45,410 nucleotides of DNA from a virus (Duplodnaviria > Caudoviricetes): IMG/VR virus record IMGVR_UViG_3300037851_000418, positions 1 to 45,410 of that record. The stretch is one strand, 5' to 3'. The position numbers were made by a program, and so were the translations under genes. Below, one piece after another: positions 34,622-44,584 of the stretch; position 1 is the first letter of the stretch, and every line of letters begins with the position of its first letter. The notes under the pieces were generated by a model, which saw only the letters and a list, made by a program, of their open reading frames with translations, searched no databases and was not told the origin of the DNA.

Positions 34622-35098
34622 ATGGCCGCTGGAAAATGGAAGCTCTACGAGTACGCGAAGGAGTATCTCGCGGACGGCACTTTCGACATGGACAACGCCG
34701 CGCTCGGCCTCCAGATGGCGCTGTTTCTTTCGGCCTCCAACTGCAACACCCTCAGCGTCGGGACTGGCATCTACGGGGACCTCACGAACGAGCACGCGAA
34801 CGGCAACGGCTACACGACCGGAGGACAGGCCCTCACGAACGAGGTATGGACGCACTCCGGCGGGACAGTGACTTTCGACTGCGATAACGTCGTCTGGACC
34901 GCCTCCGGCGGATCCATCACGGCGAGATTCGCGGTCGTCTACTGTAATGCCACGGTCAACAGCATCGTGAAACCGCTCCTCTGCGTCTGTCTGCTCGACA
35001 CGACTCCGGCCGATGTCACGGCCACGGACGGGAACACGCTCACGGTGGCGATCAACGCTTCGGGGGTCTTCACCCTCTCGGGGGCGGATTCGGATTAG
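34622..35098 (+). CDS. Virion structural protein (fibre/appendage type)
   Basis: 158 aa; NGNGYTTGG...TVTFD...WTASGGSITAR pattern. Confidence 0.65.
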   Translation: MAAGKWKLYEYAKEYLADGTFDMDNAALGLQMALFLSASNCNTLSVGTGIYGDLTNEHANGNGYTTGGQALTNEVWTHSGGTVTFDCDNVVWTASGGSITARFAVVYCNATVNSIVKPLLCVCLLDTTPADVTATDGNTLTVAINASGVFTLSGADSD

Positions 35099-35101
35099 AC
35101 C

Positions 35102-35350
35102 ATGGCGAATGAATTCAGGCTGGAGATCAAGTTCGACGCCGATACACGCGACTGCAAGGTCACGGGGCCGCTGAACGAACCGGACCTCTGCCTCTTGGGC
35201 TTGGAGATGGCCCGCCGGATCATCGCGGGCCTGAAGGCGAGAAAGATCATCAGCGTTCCGACCAATTCTCGGGTCCTACTTCCGGCGTCGAGGCAAATCG
35301 GCATCCCGCTTCCGGACTTTCTCTCCAAGCGAAATGGGGGGGCGGGATAA
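35102..35350 (+). CDS. Hypothetical protein
   Basis: 82 aa, tightly packed. Confidence 0.55.
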   Translation: MANEFRLEIKFDADTRDCKVTGPLNEPDLCLLGLEMARRIIAGLKARKIISVPTNSRVLLPASRQIGIPLPDFLSKRNGGAG

Positions 35351-36676
35351 ATGGCCGTCAATCTTCGGCAGACCCATTTCCGTTTCGGCAAGGACGACGG
35401 GACTGAATCAACCCATACGTGGTATGCGAACGAGGATACGGATACCTCGATTCGCAAGGGCCTGACCTTTCTCCTGAGGTTCACGGAACAGGAGACCGGC
35501 GGGACGTCGATCGCAAATGTCGACGCCCAATTTCAGTATTCCAAAAACGGCGGGACCTGGACAAACATCACGACGACCTCCTCGGTGGTCAAGGCCGTCG
35601 CCGCCGCCAGCTTCGCCAATGGCCAAGATTGCACGAAAAGACTCAGTGGGACCGGGACCTTTGAGAGCTCGGGTAGTGGCTGCACCGAGGACGGGACCTC
35701 GGGAGGCAATCCGAACGACATCGCGGCCAGCGGGAACTCTGAGACGGAATGCGCCCTACAGATCGTCGAGGAAGATACCGTAGACGGAGATCAGATCCAG
35801 TTCCGGATCACAAGCCCGGACACCACGATCGGTTATGATGTTACCCCCACCCTGACCGTCCTCCACAACAAGACCGCTTCACCGGGAGTCGGCGCCTTGA
35901 CGGCTGCGGGATATGCGCCCACAGTTACCGCGACTCAAAATAAGACGGTATCCCCTGGAGTAGGCGCGCCGGCCCTAGCGGGTCTTGCACCCACGGCTAC
36001 CGCGTCCGATCACAAGACCGCGAGCCCGGGCACCGGCGAGGCTGCGCTTGCGGGTCAGGAACCCCAGGCAATCAAGACGGAGACTCAGAGGGCTGATCCG
36101 GGCACGGGGCTCCCTGAGATTTTCGGGCTGTCGCCCACGGTAACGGTCTCCGACCACAAGGCCGCATCCCCGGGGGCCGGAGAATCCGCTCTTGCGGGAT
36201 TGAGCCCGACGGTAACGGCCTCAGATAACATCCATGTCACGGCGGGGGCCGGTGTTCTGGAAGGGACCGGCCTATCTCCTTCGGTCACGGCGAGCGATCA
36301 TAAACAAGCGGCCCCTGGCTCCGGCCAACTGAACGCGCTCGGATATTTGCCGACTGTGACCGTGGCCGGAGGTAGCGCGGTTGCCTCCCCGGGCATGGGA
36401 GCGATATCCGCCCAGGGATATGCGCCCACGATAACGGCCACGAGCACCATTCCTTCCCATGTCGGCGGCGGTGGCGGGATCCCCAACTGGCGCGAGAATC
36501 TCGCCAAGTGGCGGAGGAAGAAGCGGGGAGAGGAAGAGGAGCGGAAACGGAAGGCCCGGAAACTGATCGAGCAACTCCGGAAGGAGAGGGATACCGCCGC
36601 CCTGGTCGAGGTCGAAGAAGAAAGCCTCGTCTGTTGTGTCGCCGGATATCTCGCGGGAGAGGAGGACGATGAATAA
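35351..36676 (+). CDS. Fibre-like protein with eight ~24-aa Ser/Thr/Pro/Gly repeats
   Basis: Globular N-domain, repeats of type TASPGVGALTAAGYAPTVTATQNK, Gly5 linker, charged C-terminal helix. Confidence 0.7.
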   Translation: MAVNLRQTHFRFGKDDGTESTHTWYANEDTDTSIRKGLTFLLRFTEQETGGTSIANVDAQFQYSKNGGTWTNITTTSSVVKAVAAASFANGQDCTKRLSGTGTFESSGSGCTEDGTSGGNPNDIAASGNSETECALQIVEEDTVDGDQIQFRITSPDTTIGYDVTPTLTVLHNKTASPGVGALTAAGYAPTVTATQNKTVSPGVGAPALAGLAPTATASDHKTASPGTGEAALAGQEPQAIKTETQRADPGTGLPEIFGLSPTVTVSDHKAASPGAGESALAGLSPTVTASDNIHVTAGAGVLEGTGLSPSVTASDHKQAAPGSGQLNALGYLPTVTVAGGSAVASPGMGAISAQGYAPTITATSTIPSHVGGGGGIPNWRENLAKWRRKKRGEEEERKRKARKLIEQLRKERDTAALVEVEEESLVCCVAGYLAGEEDDE

Positions 36677-38153
36677 CCCCATCCTCGCCGAGTTCTCGAA
36701 GGACGTCTGGGCCATGGAGCCCCGGGCGCTCGAGGCGTTCCTCGGCCGTCTTGCGGGGATCGAGATTCACAACAGTCCGATCAGGCTGAATTCCTCGGAT
36801 CTCGACACGAGGTCAACTTGGAGACTTCTCGTCTTCGACGACAAGGGAAGGCTGCAGGACCATGAAGTTGCCTTCTCCCCGGTGGTCGGTCCCTTCAACT
36901 TTCCCGACGGCAAGCGGAAGTCGAAGATGTCCATCACCGCCGACGGGGTCGCGGAGATCCCCGTGAAGGGCGTCCTCCTCAAGAACGTCCCCGCCTGGCT
37001 CTCCTGGCTCGGCATCAACGCCACGGGCTACGACGAGATCCGCGAGGACATCCAGACCGCGCTCGACGACAAGGCCGTCCGGTCGATCCGGCTCAAGGTC
37101 GAGAGCCCGGGCGGCCAGGTCTCCGGCGTCATGGAGGCCGCCGAGGCGATCTACAAGGCCCGGGAGCAGAAGCCCGTCGGCGCCCTCATCGAGGACCTCG
37201 GCGCCTCCGGGGCTTACTGGCTCGCCTCCCAGGCGGTCAAGATCGGCGCGAACGCGAACGCCGTCGTCGGCTCGATCGGGGTCTACTCGGTCGCGGTCGA
37301 CTACTCCAAGGCCGCGGAGATGGAGGGGATCAAGGTCCACGTCATCTCGAGCGGCCCCCACAAGGGCGCGGGCGTCCCCGGGGCCCCCATCACCGAGCCC
37401 CAGCTCGACGCCCTCCGCGAGGTCATCAACGGCATGGCCGAGAACTTCATCTCCGACGTGGCCCGCGGGCGCGCCGCCAAGGTCGAGGACGTGCGGACCT
37501 GGGCGAGCGGGAGGACCTGGCTCGCCGGGGTCGCGAACGAGATGGGCCTGATCGACCAGGTCGTGAACGGACAGGGAAAAAATGGCGCGCCGGATGTTCC
37601 GGCGGCCGCAGCGAAAACCCCCGAATTGGAGGAAAGCGTCATGGCCGAAACGCCCAAGACGCCCCCCGCGGTCGCCGGCGCCGGAGAAACCGTCGCCCCG
37701 ACCGCCCCGGACCAGCTCGCGATCGAGCGGAAGCGGCAGGCGGACATCCGCGCCGCCTTCCCCGGCGAGGACGCGTTCGCCCTCGAGCAGATCGTCGCCG
37801 GCGCGAGCGTGGAGCAGGCGGAGATCGCCTTCGGCAAGGTGCTCCGCGAGCGGAACGCCAAGCTCACGAAGGAGCTGGCCGACAGCAAGGCCGCGAAGGC
37901 CGCCGAGGCCCCGAAGCCCCAGCCCTCCGCCGGCGGCGCGCCCCCGCTCCCGCAGAGCGGCGAGGCCGGCCGCAGCGAGCAGGACTTCATGGAGCTCGCG
38001 AAGGCCCACGCCAAGGAGCACGGCTGCGGCATGGTCGCCGCCATGAGCGCCGTCGCGAAGGCCCACCCGGAGAGCCACGAGGCCTACATCGAGAAGCAGC
38101 GGTCGAGGATCCCCGAGGTCCGGGCCCGGAAGCGCGAGCTCGGGATCACCTGA
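36669..38153 (+). CDS. S49 (SppA-like) prohead protease, lambda gpC-like
   Basis: ATG 36669; ESPGG, ASGAYWLAS, VGSIGV, SSGPHK motifs. Confidence 0.92.
   Translation: MNNPILAEFSKDVWAMEPRALEAFLGRLAGIEIHNSPIRLNSSDLDTRSTWRLLVFDDKGRLQDHEVAFSPVVGPFNFPDGKRKSKMSITADGVAEIPVKGVLLKNVPAWLSWLGINATGYDEIREDIQTALDDKAVRSIRLKVESPGGQVSGVMEAAEAIYKAREQKPVGALIEDLGASGAYWLASQAVKIGANANAVVGSIGVYSVAVDYSKAAEMEGIKVHVISSGPHKGAGVPGAPITEPQLDALREVINGMAENFISDVARGRAAKVEDVRTWASGRTWLAGVANEMGLIDQVVNGQGKNGAPDVPAAAAKTPELEESVMAETPKTPPAVAGAGETVAPTAPDQLAIERKRQADIRAAFPGEDAFALEQIVAGASVEQAEIAFGKVLRERNAKLTKELADSKAAKAAEAPKPQPSAGGAPPLPQSGEAGRSEQDFMELAKAHAKEHGCGMVAAMSAVAKAHPESHEAYIEKQRSRIPEVRARKRELGIT
37641..38153 (+). CDS. Nested scaffolding protein (Nu3-like)
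   Basis: In-frame ATG with GGAGGA RBS inside the protease gene; Ala/Pro-rich helical product, as for lambda C/Nu3. Confidence 0.65.
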   Translation: MAETPKTPPAVAGAGETVAPTAPDQLAIERKRQADIRAAFPGEDAFALEQIVAGASVEQAEIAFGKVLRERNAKLTKELADSKAAKAAEAPKPQPSAGGAPPLPQSGEAGRSEQDFMELAKAHAKEHGCGMVAAMSAVAKAHPESHEAYIEKQRSRIPEVRARKRELGIT

Positions 38154-38226
38154 TCGGCAACGCGCGCGCGGCGATGGGGCCGCGGCGTGACTGGAACGTG
38201 AACAGGATCGAGAAGGAGAACGAATC

Positions 38227-39072
38227 ATGACCCAGGAAAACAGGACCGGGATCCGGACCTTCACGTCCGGGGAGGCCCTCGAGGCCTACCGCCGGGTGAA
38301 GCTGGATTCCAGCGGCAACGTCGTCTACGCCGACGCCGACGACGTCGGGATCGGCATCACCGAAGAGGCCGTGGCGATCACGACCCCCGTCGCGGTGCGG
38401 ATGCACGGGCACCCCGGGACGCGGAAGATGGTCTGCTCGGCCGCCGTCGCGGCCTACGCCACCGTCTACGGCACGGACGACGGCAAGGTGGACGACGCGG
38501 CGGGAGGCGGGCCGGCGATCGGCGTCGCCCTCGCGGCCGGGAGCGCCAACCTCTCCGTGATCGAGGTCCTGCCCGCGACCGAGCTGGGCGGCCTCATCCA
38601 CGCGGCCGTCGCCGACTCGACGGACGTGGAGAACACCGTCACGGAGACGGCGTTCTCGACCGGCTCGAAGACGATCGACGGCGCCAAGCTCCGCGCGGGC
38701 GACGTGATCGAGGTCATCGCCCGGGCCTACGTGCTGGACAACAACGGCGCGGACACCCTGACGGTCAAGCTGTACGCCGGCACCGAGGAGATCGTCACGA
38801 CCGGCGCCGTGGACTCCGCGGACGCGGACATCGTCTACATCCACGCCTTCATCACCGTCCGGATCGCGGGCTCGGGCGGGCACGTCAGCGCCTCGGGCGT
38901 CGTGGCGAACGGCGTCGAGGGCACGGTCACGGCGAAGCCGTTCCGCAAGGACGACGCGGCCGAGGACCTCTCGGGCGACGTGGCGATCGCCGTCAAGGCG
39001 ACGTGGAGCGCGGCCCACGCGGACAACGAGGTCTACCTGGAGGACTTCATCGTCATCCTCCACCGGCAGTAG
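38227..39072 (+). CDS. Head decoration/cement protein with extra C-terminal domain
   Basis: Between protease and MCP; FTSGEALEAYRRVKL...IGVAL...IEVL N-domain; 281 aa. Confidence 0.65.
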   Translation: MTQENRTGIRTFTSGEALEAYRRVKLDSSGNVVYADADDVGIGITEEAVAITTPVAVRMHGHPGTRKMVCSAAVAAYATVYGTDDGKVDDAAGGGPAIGVALAAGSANLSVIEVLPATELGGLIHAAVADSTDVENTVTETAFSTGSKTIDGAKLRAGDVIEVIARAYVLDNNGADTLTVKLYAGTEEIVTTGAVDSADADIVYIHAFITVRIAGSGGHVSASGVVANGVEGTVTAKPFRKDDAAEDLSGDVAIAVKATWSAAHADNEVYLEDFIVILHRQ

Positions 39073-39146
39073 GCCGGAGGGCAACGTGAGGCGTCGCGCG
39101 CCCGCCGTTAGGTGCGCCTGAAAACGAGTAACAAGGAGAACGAACC

Positions 39147-40112
39147 ATGGGCGTGAACTACGGAACCTACGCGACCCCGAGGCCGGATCTGGGGGCCGCC
39201 TACGAGGAGTACCAGGACGATCCGGAATTCTCCCAGTTCATCGCGGACCAGGTGGCCCCCCGGTGCAGGACCCCGGTCCAGAAGGGGAGCTACTCCTCGA
39301 TCACCCGCGAGACGGCGCTGAAGACGGCCGACGCCAAGCGCGCCACCGGCGCCTACAACCGCATCTCGATCGGGGCCGAGGACAAGAGCTTCTCCTGCGA
39401 GGAGTTCGGCCTCGAAGGGGAGGTCGACGACAGGAAGCGGAAGTTCTTCGCGACCGACTTCGACCTCGAGGCGGCCACCCTCCGCCAGGTCATGCGGCGC
39501 CTGAAGATCGCCCAGGAGATCCGGGTGGCCGCCCTGCTCTTCTCCGCGACCTGGACGGGCGGGGGCGCCAGCCTCTACACCGACGTCTCGGCCGCCCCGT
39601 GGGACGCGGCCGCCTCCGACGCGATCGGCCACGTCCTGGCCGCGAAGGTCAAGGTCCGCCAGAACTGCGGCATGGAGCCGAACGCCCTGATCCTCGGCAT
39701 CGCCCAGAGGGACAACCTCCTGGGGAACACCGCGATCAAGGCCCGATTCCCGGGCGCCGCGATCGTGACCGACGAGATGCTGCGGGCCAACCTGGCCGCC
39801 ATCTTCGGGCTCCGCAAGCTGATCGTGGGGGGAGCGGTCTACAACTCGGCCGACGAAGGCCTCACGGCCTCGCTCGCCGACATCTGGGGCGACGACTACG
39901 CGATGGTCGGGATCGTGGGCGAGAAGGACGACCCGATCGACAGGCCCAGCGTGGCTCGGACGTTCGTCTGGACGCCGGAGAACGCCGAGGACCTCATCGT
40001 GGAGCAGTACCGCGAGGAGCAGGTCCGGGCGGACATCCTCCGGGCTCGCCACGACGTCGACGAGGTCGTGATCGACAGCGGCCTCGGGCACCTGCTCAAG
40101 GTCGACGCCTAG
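39147..40112 (+). CDS. Major capsid protein
   Basis: 321 aa; strong RBS; FIADQVAP...QEIRVAALL...PNALIL...IFGL pattern of gpE-like capsids; followed by stable hairpins. Confidence 0.82.
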   Translation: MGVNYGTYATPRPDLGAAYEEYQDDPEFSQFIADQVAPRCRTPVQKGSYSSITRETALKTADAKRATGAYNRISIGAEDKSFSCEEFGLEGEVDDRKRKFFATDFDLEAATLRQVMRRLKIAQEIRVAALLFSATWTGGGASLYTDVSAAPWDAAASDAIGHVLAAKVKVRQNCGMEPNALILGIAQRDNLLGNTAIKARFPGAAIVTDEMLRANLAAIFGLRKLIVGGAVYNSADEGLTASLADIWGDDYAMVGIVGEKDDPIDRPSVARTFVWTPENAEDLIVEQYREEQVRADILRARHDVDEVVIDSGLGHLLKVDA

Positions 40113-40136
40113 AACATCCGCCTTCGCCTCTCTCAA

Positions 40137-40199
40137 GGGGGGCCCCCGGGGAAACCCGGGGGTCTCCTCCCGGGCCCCCTGGGGGGACCCGGAAGGAGA
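40137..40199 (+). terminator. Overlapping GC hairpins after the MCP gene
   Basis: GGGGGGCCCCCGGG-GAAA-CCCGGGGGTCTCCT plus a second stem at 40163-40199; no U-tract. Confidence 0.5.
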
Positions 40200-40216
40200 C
40201 GAAAAGAGGGAGACGG

Positions 40217-40963
40217 ATGCCGGCGGTCTACACGAGTTCGGTGGCCCAGCAGCTCCGGGCCTTCCGTCGGGAGGTCGCGGCCGTCACGCGGCGCGTCCTC
40301 CTGGGGGGAGGCCGGCGCTTCCGGTCCCGCATGATGCGCGAGCGCCTCTCCGGGCCTCCCGGGCTCTACCGCAAGAGCGGCCGCCTCCAGAGGAGCCTCC
40401 GATACAAGGTCTACGCGGGCCACGAGGAATCCGCCCTCCGAGCCTCGATCGGCGGAAACATCGCCTACTACGCCGCCCAGCACGAGGCCGCGGGGAAGCT
40501 CGGATTCAAGCGGGTCTTCGTCGAGGAGTCCAAGCTCACGATCGACGAGCTGCGGATGGCCCTCCGGTTCGTGGTCGCCGGCGCCGGCCAGTCCGTCGGA
40601 GCCGCTGCGGCGAGCGCCGAGCTGGCCCTCGAGGCCCCTTCCGAACTCACCGCGGGCGAGCGCGCGAGGGAGGCCGAGTGGGCGAAGGAGCGGTTCAACC
40701 CCGCGACACGATTCGGGCAGAAGAACCTCCAGGGCCGGGCCCGGTGGCAGAAGGCCACGATGGAAAAGTTCGTGGCCAGGTCGGCCTCGGCGAGGTCCGT
40801 CGCCGGGGAGTCCGACGCGAGGAAAATCGACTGGACCAAGGGCCGGAAAATCATGGACGCGGCGCGCGCCGCCAAGGGCCCCCCGAGGTCGCATCGGATC
40901 GCCGACTCCTGGAGGAGCATCGTCGAACGCCGGCCCCGGAAGGCGAAAAGGTGGCGGTGGTAG
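40217..40963 (+). CDS. Basic neck/tail-completion-like protein
   Basis: ATG 40217; RKSGRLQRSL...YYAAQHE motif resembles the HK97 gp10-like family; 248 aa. Confidence 0.6.
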   Translation: MPAVYTSSVAQQLRAFRREVAAVTRRVLLGGGRRFRSRMMRERLSGPPGLYRKSGRLQRSLRYKVYAGHEESALRASIGGNIAYYAAQHEAAGKLGFKRVFVEESKLTIDELRMALRFVVAGAGQSVGAAAASAELALEAPSELTAGERAREAEWAKERFNPATRFGQKNLQGRARWQKATMEKFVARSASARSVAGESDARKIDWTKGRKIMDAARAAKGPPRSHRIADSWRSIVERRPRKAKRWRW

Positions 40964-40966
40964 GGC

Positions 40967-41437
40967 ATGACGACCCCGATCACGGAACAGATTCTCGCCC
41001 TCATCGAGACGAAGCTCGCGGGGATCACCACGGGGGGGGGCTACCAGGAGACCGTCCTCGCCGCGAACATCTTCCATCCCCCGGAGGCCCCCCTCGACGT
41101 CAAGGCCGACAACTGTCCCGCGATCACCGTCCGCCACAACGGGACGAACAACCGCTGGCACCTCCGGGCGGCCGAGGAGCTTCTGATCGAGGTCGATCTC
41201 GTTTGCGTGGCAACGACCCCGGACCTCCTGAAGACCCTCATGGGCGACGTGAAGAAGCTCGTCTACGCGAACCCGTTCTGGAACAACGGCGCGGCGAACC
41301 TGGCGCGGAGGACCTGGATCGCCGAGGAGCGGGTCCACGAGACGGAGGTCTCGGAGGCGACGGTCACGGGCTCGGTCGTGATCCACATCCTGGCGCGCGC
41401 GGATCGGACGAACCCGTTCACGACGAAGGCGGTCTAG
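40967..41437 (+). CDS. Tail terminator-like protein
   Basis: EQILALIETKLAGITTGGGY...CPAITV; size and position. Confidence 0.6.
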   Translation: MTTPITEQILALIETKLAGITTGGGYQETVLAANIFHPPEAPLDVKADNCPAITVRHNGTNNRWHLRAAEELLIEVDLVCVATTPDLLKTLMGDVKKLVYANPFWNNGAANLARRTWIAEERVHETEVSEATVTGSVVIHILARADRTNPFTTKAV

Positions 41438-41438
41438 C

Positions 41439-41921
41439 ATGGCGACGACCCCGACTCTCGATACCGTGGTGGCGGCCGTGGTGACGGCCCTCGCCGGCCA
41501 GGGGTCCATCGTCAACGGCTACACGACGCTCGAGGACGAGGTCGAAGTCGTCGAGAACGGGAGCTACATCTCCGCCGGGTCGATGAATCTCTTCTGGGTC
41601 GACGTCCGCTCGGTCGAGGAGTTCGAGGGGCCCGCCTCCGGCGAGATCATGGAGCGGTACACCATCGAGATCGACTACTGGTCGCTCCGGACCGGGAACG
41701 CCGACTGGTCGAAAGAGGCGCGGGTCAAGGCCGAGGCCGCGCGCGACGCCCTCTCGGGGGCCGCAACGATTTTCGCGATCTCCAGCCAGCGGCAGCTCTA
41801 CACCCCCGAGACGGTCCAGATCGACTCCCACGGTCCCGAGGAGATCAACGGGACCGAGGGGCCCCAGATGGTCTACAAGACGGTCCTCTCCCTCCAGGTG
41901 GAAGCGAGGAGGTGGTCTTAA
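41439..41921 (+). CDS. Second neck/tail terminator-like protein
   Basis: 160 aa with a similar alpha/beta layout; position. Confidence 0.5.
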   Translation: MATTPTLDTVVAAVVTALAGQGSIVNGYTTLEDEVEVVENGSYISAGSMNLFWVDVRSVEEFEGPASGEIMERYTIEIDYWSLRTGNADWSKEARVKAEAARDALSGAATIFAISSQRQLYTPETVQIDSHGPEEINGTEGPQMVYKTVLSLQVEARRWS

Positions 41922-41922
41922 C

Positions 41923-42906
41923 TTGGTAGTCCCGACCAACGTCCGGGCCGGTCGAGCTGCGGCGTTATACGCCATCTTCCAGTCCGCCAAGGGAACACCG
42001 GCCGCCGATCTTACGGCGGCGGGAGCGACCAGGCTCTGGACCGAGGAGACAGCGATCTGGGCCGGCCCGGACGTCCAGGTCGACGCCTTCATGGACGCCG
42101 ACTACGGTCCCAAGGACGACTCCCGGTATCTCGGGGAGGACGAGCCCGAGGGGAGCTTCATCGTGAAGGGCACCGAGGCGGCCCTGAAGTGGCTCCTCCA
42201 GAGCAACTTCGGGGCCTACGCGGCCGGGGCCTTCACCCTCGCGACGGGGATCTCCGACACCCGCTGGCTCACCCTCGCGCACGTGGAGGACCGATTCGGG
42301 GCCGGGTCCGTCACCCGCCGACTGATCCGGATCCAGGACGCCTGGATTCCCCGGCTCTCCCTCGAGTGGCTCGCTGGGAATCAGAAGTACCTCGCCCTCC
42401 GCGCGGCCTACGCGGGCCGGAAGGTGCTCGTCCAGGCGCAGAACGCCGGCGGGATCACGTTCCCCTCGTCGCCCATGCAGCCGTCCGACAAGAGCATCTT
42501 CCCGACCGTGAACACGACGCTCGTCCGGGACCCCGCCGGCGCGAACGTCTCCCTCCGCTACCGTGCGCTCCGGATCATGTTCGACCAGGGCCTCGGGAAG
42601 TTCTGGGACCAGGGCGCGGGGATGTTCGCCATCTACAAGGCCGGCGCCCTCAAGGCCGAGATCGAGTTCCTGGCGGACTACTCCGACGAGAGCTGGGCGC
42701 TCTTCGACCTGGTGCGGGCGGGGACGGCCAACCGGTTCCGGATCACGTCCACGGCTGAGGACGGAACGGTTCTCACGATCAACCTCTACGGCGTGCTCCT
42801 CAAGATCGACCCGCCCGGGCAGTCGGGCCAGGAATACAGCGTCTTCCGCGCGAAGGGAATCGCGACGGAGGTGGGGAGTGATTTCGTGACGATCGGACTC
42901 GCGTGA
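41923..42906 (+). CDS. Putative tail tube protein
   Basis: 327 aa, beta-rich, follows the terminator-like genes. Confidence 0.6.
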   Translation: MVVPTNVRAGRAAALYAIFQSAKGTPAADLTAAGATRLWTEETAIWAGPDVQVDAFMDADYGPKDDSRYLGEDEPEGSFIVKGTEAALKWLLQSNFGAYAAGAFTLATGISDTRWLTLAHVEDRFGAGSVTRRLIRIQDAWIPRLSLEWLAGNQKYLALRAAYAGRKVLVQAQNAGGITFPSSPMQPSDKSIFPTVNTTLVRDPAGANVSLRYRALRIMFDQGLGKFWDQGAGMFAIYKAGALKAEIEFLADYSDESWALFDLVRAGTANRFRITSTAEDGTVLTINLYGVLLKIDPPGQSGQEYSVFRAKGIATEVGSDFVTIGLA

Positions 42907-42919
42907 AGGAGAAATACAG

Positions 42920-44122
42920 ATGGGCCTGACCTACGCCTCCATCCCGACCCAGCTCGGGACCGTGCTTATCGTGAGCGACTCGCTCAAGAAGTTCTACGAG
43001 CACGCCGCCCTCGCGTCCAACGCGGCCCACTACGCGCGGGTCCTCTCCAAGACGAACGGCTTCGGCCTGTCCGACACCGAGGAGAAGAACGCCTACACGA
43101 CGCTCGCGGGCTATCTCCAGAATACCCTCGCAGCCAAGATCGCGAGTGAGTGGCAGGCCTGGCGCAGCCAGGTCGAGAGCGACGCGGGTTTCTTCGGCCT
43201 CCTCAAGGCCGACCTCTCCGCCTCGGACGAGAAGGACGCCGGCGGCGCCATCGACTACGACTACGAGGACATCGACGGCGCGATCGCGATCATCGCCCGG
43301 AACGGAATCTGGGGGGCCCTCCGTCGGGAGATGCTCGCGGACTCCTACTACGTCACCCCGAACGTCATCGGCGTCGGGTCCCTCACGGCCAAGAGCGGGA
43401 ACCGCGGGACCCTCACGAAGACCTCCATGGCGGGGGTCTCCCATACCCTCGCCGGGACCCTCATCATCACCGTGGCGGACGAGGACGTGACGGCCCCGAA
43501 GCTCAAGCTCGCGATCGAGCTTCCCCTTCCTCTTCCGGACGGGACGCTGATCGTCGAGGCGGACAATTACCTGACGTGCGAGAAGTCCCACGAGGATGGC
43601 CCGACCGGGCTCACGACGGTCCTCACCCGCTCCGGCCTGGCGGCCCCCACGGAGAGCGGGGACGGCGGGGCGATCTTCTCTTCCACGTCCTTCTCGACCC
43701 CGAAGACGGGCGACATGAACGGCGGGGTTATCTACGTCCGGGTCGTCCGCCAGGCCTCGAACGTCTGGCTCATCGAGTGGTACAACAATTCCGACCGCAC
43801 GACGAAGGTCGGGAGCGACTCGACCATCAGCGGGACCTCGGGCACTTCCGCGATCGACAAGACCTTGAAGAACGGGACCCGGTTCCAGAGCACGTTCGAC
43901 ATAGCGGCCGCCCACGCCGCCCTCCCGAACGTGAACGACGAGGACAACGACATCACGTTCGACATCAAGACCCCGCGCCTGGGGGACCGGTGGACGGTGG
44001 CGCTCACGAACGACGGGGCGGGCAAGTTCGCCACGAAGCTCTCGCATATGCGGCGGGTGAGCCTCCCGGAGTCGGGCTCGAACCTCTTCACCGACAGCCT
44101 GGCGGACGCGATCACCGTGTAG
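42920..44122 (+). CDS. Putative tail structural protein
   Basis: 400 aa, AAGGAG RBS, Thr/Gly-rich. Confidence 0.55.
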   Translation: MGLTYASIPTQLGTVLIVSDSLKKFYEHAALASNAAHYARVLSKTNGFGLSDTEEKNAYTTLAGYLQNTLAAKIASEWQAWRSQVESDAGFFGLLKADLSASDEKDAGGAIDYDYEDIDGAIAIIARNGIWGALRREMLADSYYVTPNVIGVGSLTAKSGNRGTLTKTSMAGVSHTLAGTLIITVADEDVTAPKLKLAIELPLPLPDGTLIVEADNYLTCEKSHEDGPTGLTTVLTRSGLAAPTESGDGGAIFSSTSFSTPKTGDMNGGVIYVRVVRQASNVWLIEWYNNSDRTTKVGSDSTISGTSGTSAIDKTLKNGTRFQSTFDIAAAHAALPNVNDEDNDITFDIKTPRLGDRWTVALTNDGAGKFATKLSHMRRVSLPESGSNLFTDSLADAITV

Positions 44123-44148
44123 GAGCGGCGAGGAAGGAAGGAGACGGC

Positions 44149-44580
44149 ATGGACGAGAAGAAGGCACCCTGGACCTGGATCGACGGGGGCGAGACGCCCG
44201 GGGTACGGTTCGGGGAGACGACGTTCGCCTATCGGGCAGTCGACGGGGCCCAGTTCGACGGCTACGTGGAAGCCCTCACGCGCGCGAACGAGGTCTTCTC
44301 CGTCCTCCTCCTGGCCCGGAAGCGGTTCGAGAGCGGGGCCGTGGATTACGCGGGGGCCTGCGCCAGGCTGAACACGCTCCTCGCCGAGTACGAGAAGGCC
44401 GAGTGGACCCTCGTCCAGGTGGCCCGGGGGATCGCGAACTTCTTCGAGCCCGTGGGGCCGCTCGCCCAGGCGATCGCGGGCCTCGACGGCGCCATCCTCG
44501 AGGACTTTGCGCGGGAGGCGATCGGGAAGCTCCAGGCCCGGCGCCAGAAGGACCAGGAACCCGAGGAGAAGGTGGCGTAG
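44149..44580 (+). CDS. Putative tail assembly chaperone
   Basis: AAGGAG RBS, ATG 44149; 143 aa; immediately before the TMP candidate. Confidence 0.55.
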   Translation: MDEKKAPWTWIDGGETPGVRFGETTFAYRAVDGAQFDGYVEALTRANEVFSVLLLARKRFESGAVDYAGACARLNTLLAEYEKAEWTLVQVARGIANFFEPVGPLAQAIAGLDGAILEDFAREAIGKLQARRQKDQEPEEKVA

Positions 44581-44584
44581 GACC

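Noticed and set aside
39110-39137. GGTGCGCCTGA resembling the XerC arm of dif
   Set aside because: No XerD arm follows; the sequence runs into the MCP RBS.
38213-39149. Near-identical RBS regions AAGGAGAACGAA(T/C)CATG before the decoration and MCP genes
   Set aside because: Most simply matched translation strength for equimolar capsid proteins.
41032-41040. G9 run (and G8 at 27152-27159) as phase-variation tracts
   Set aside because: Both are in frame, encode Gly and lie in likely essential genes of a GC-rich genome; no evidence of length variation.
20495-44580. Shared C-terminal EKVA in the SMC-like ATPase and the chaperone
   Set aside because: Only four residues; readily explained by SD-like AAGGTGG or chance.
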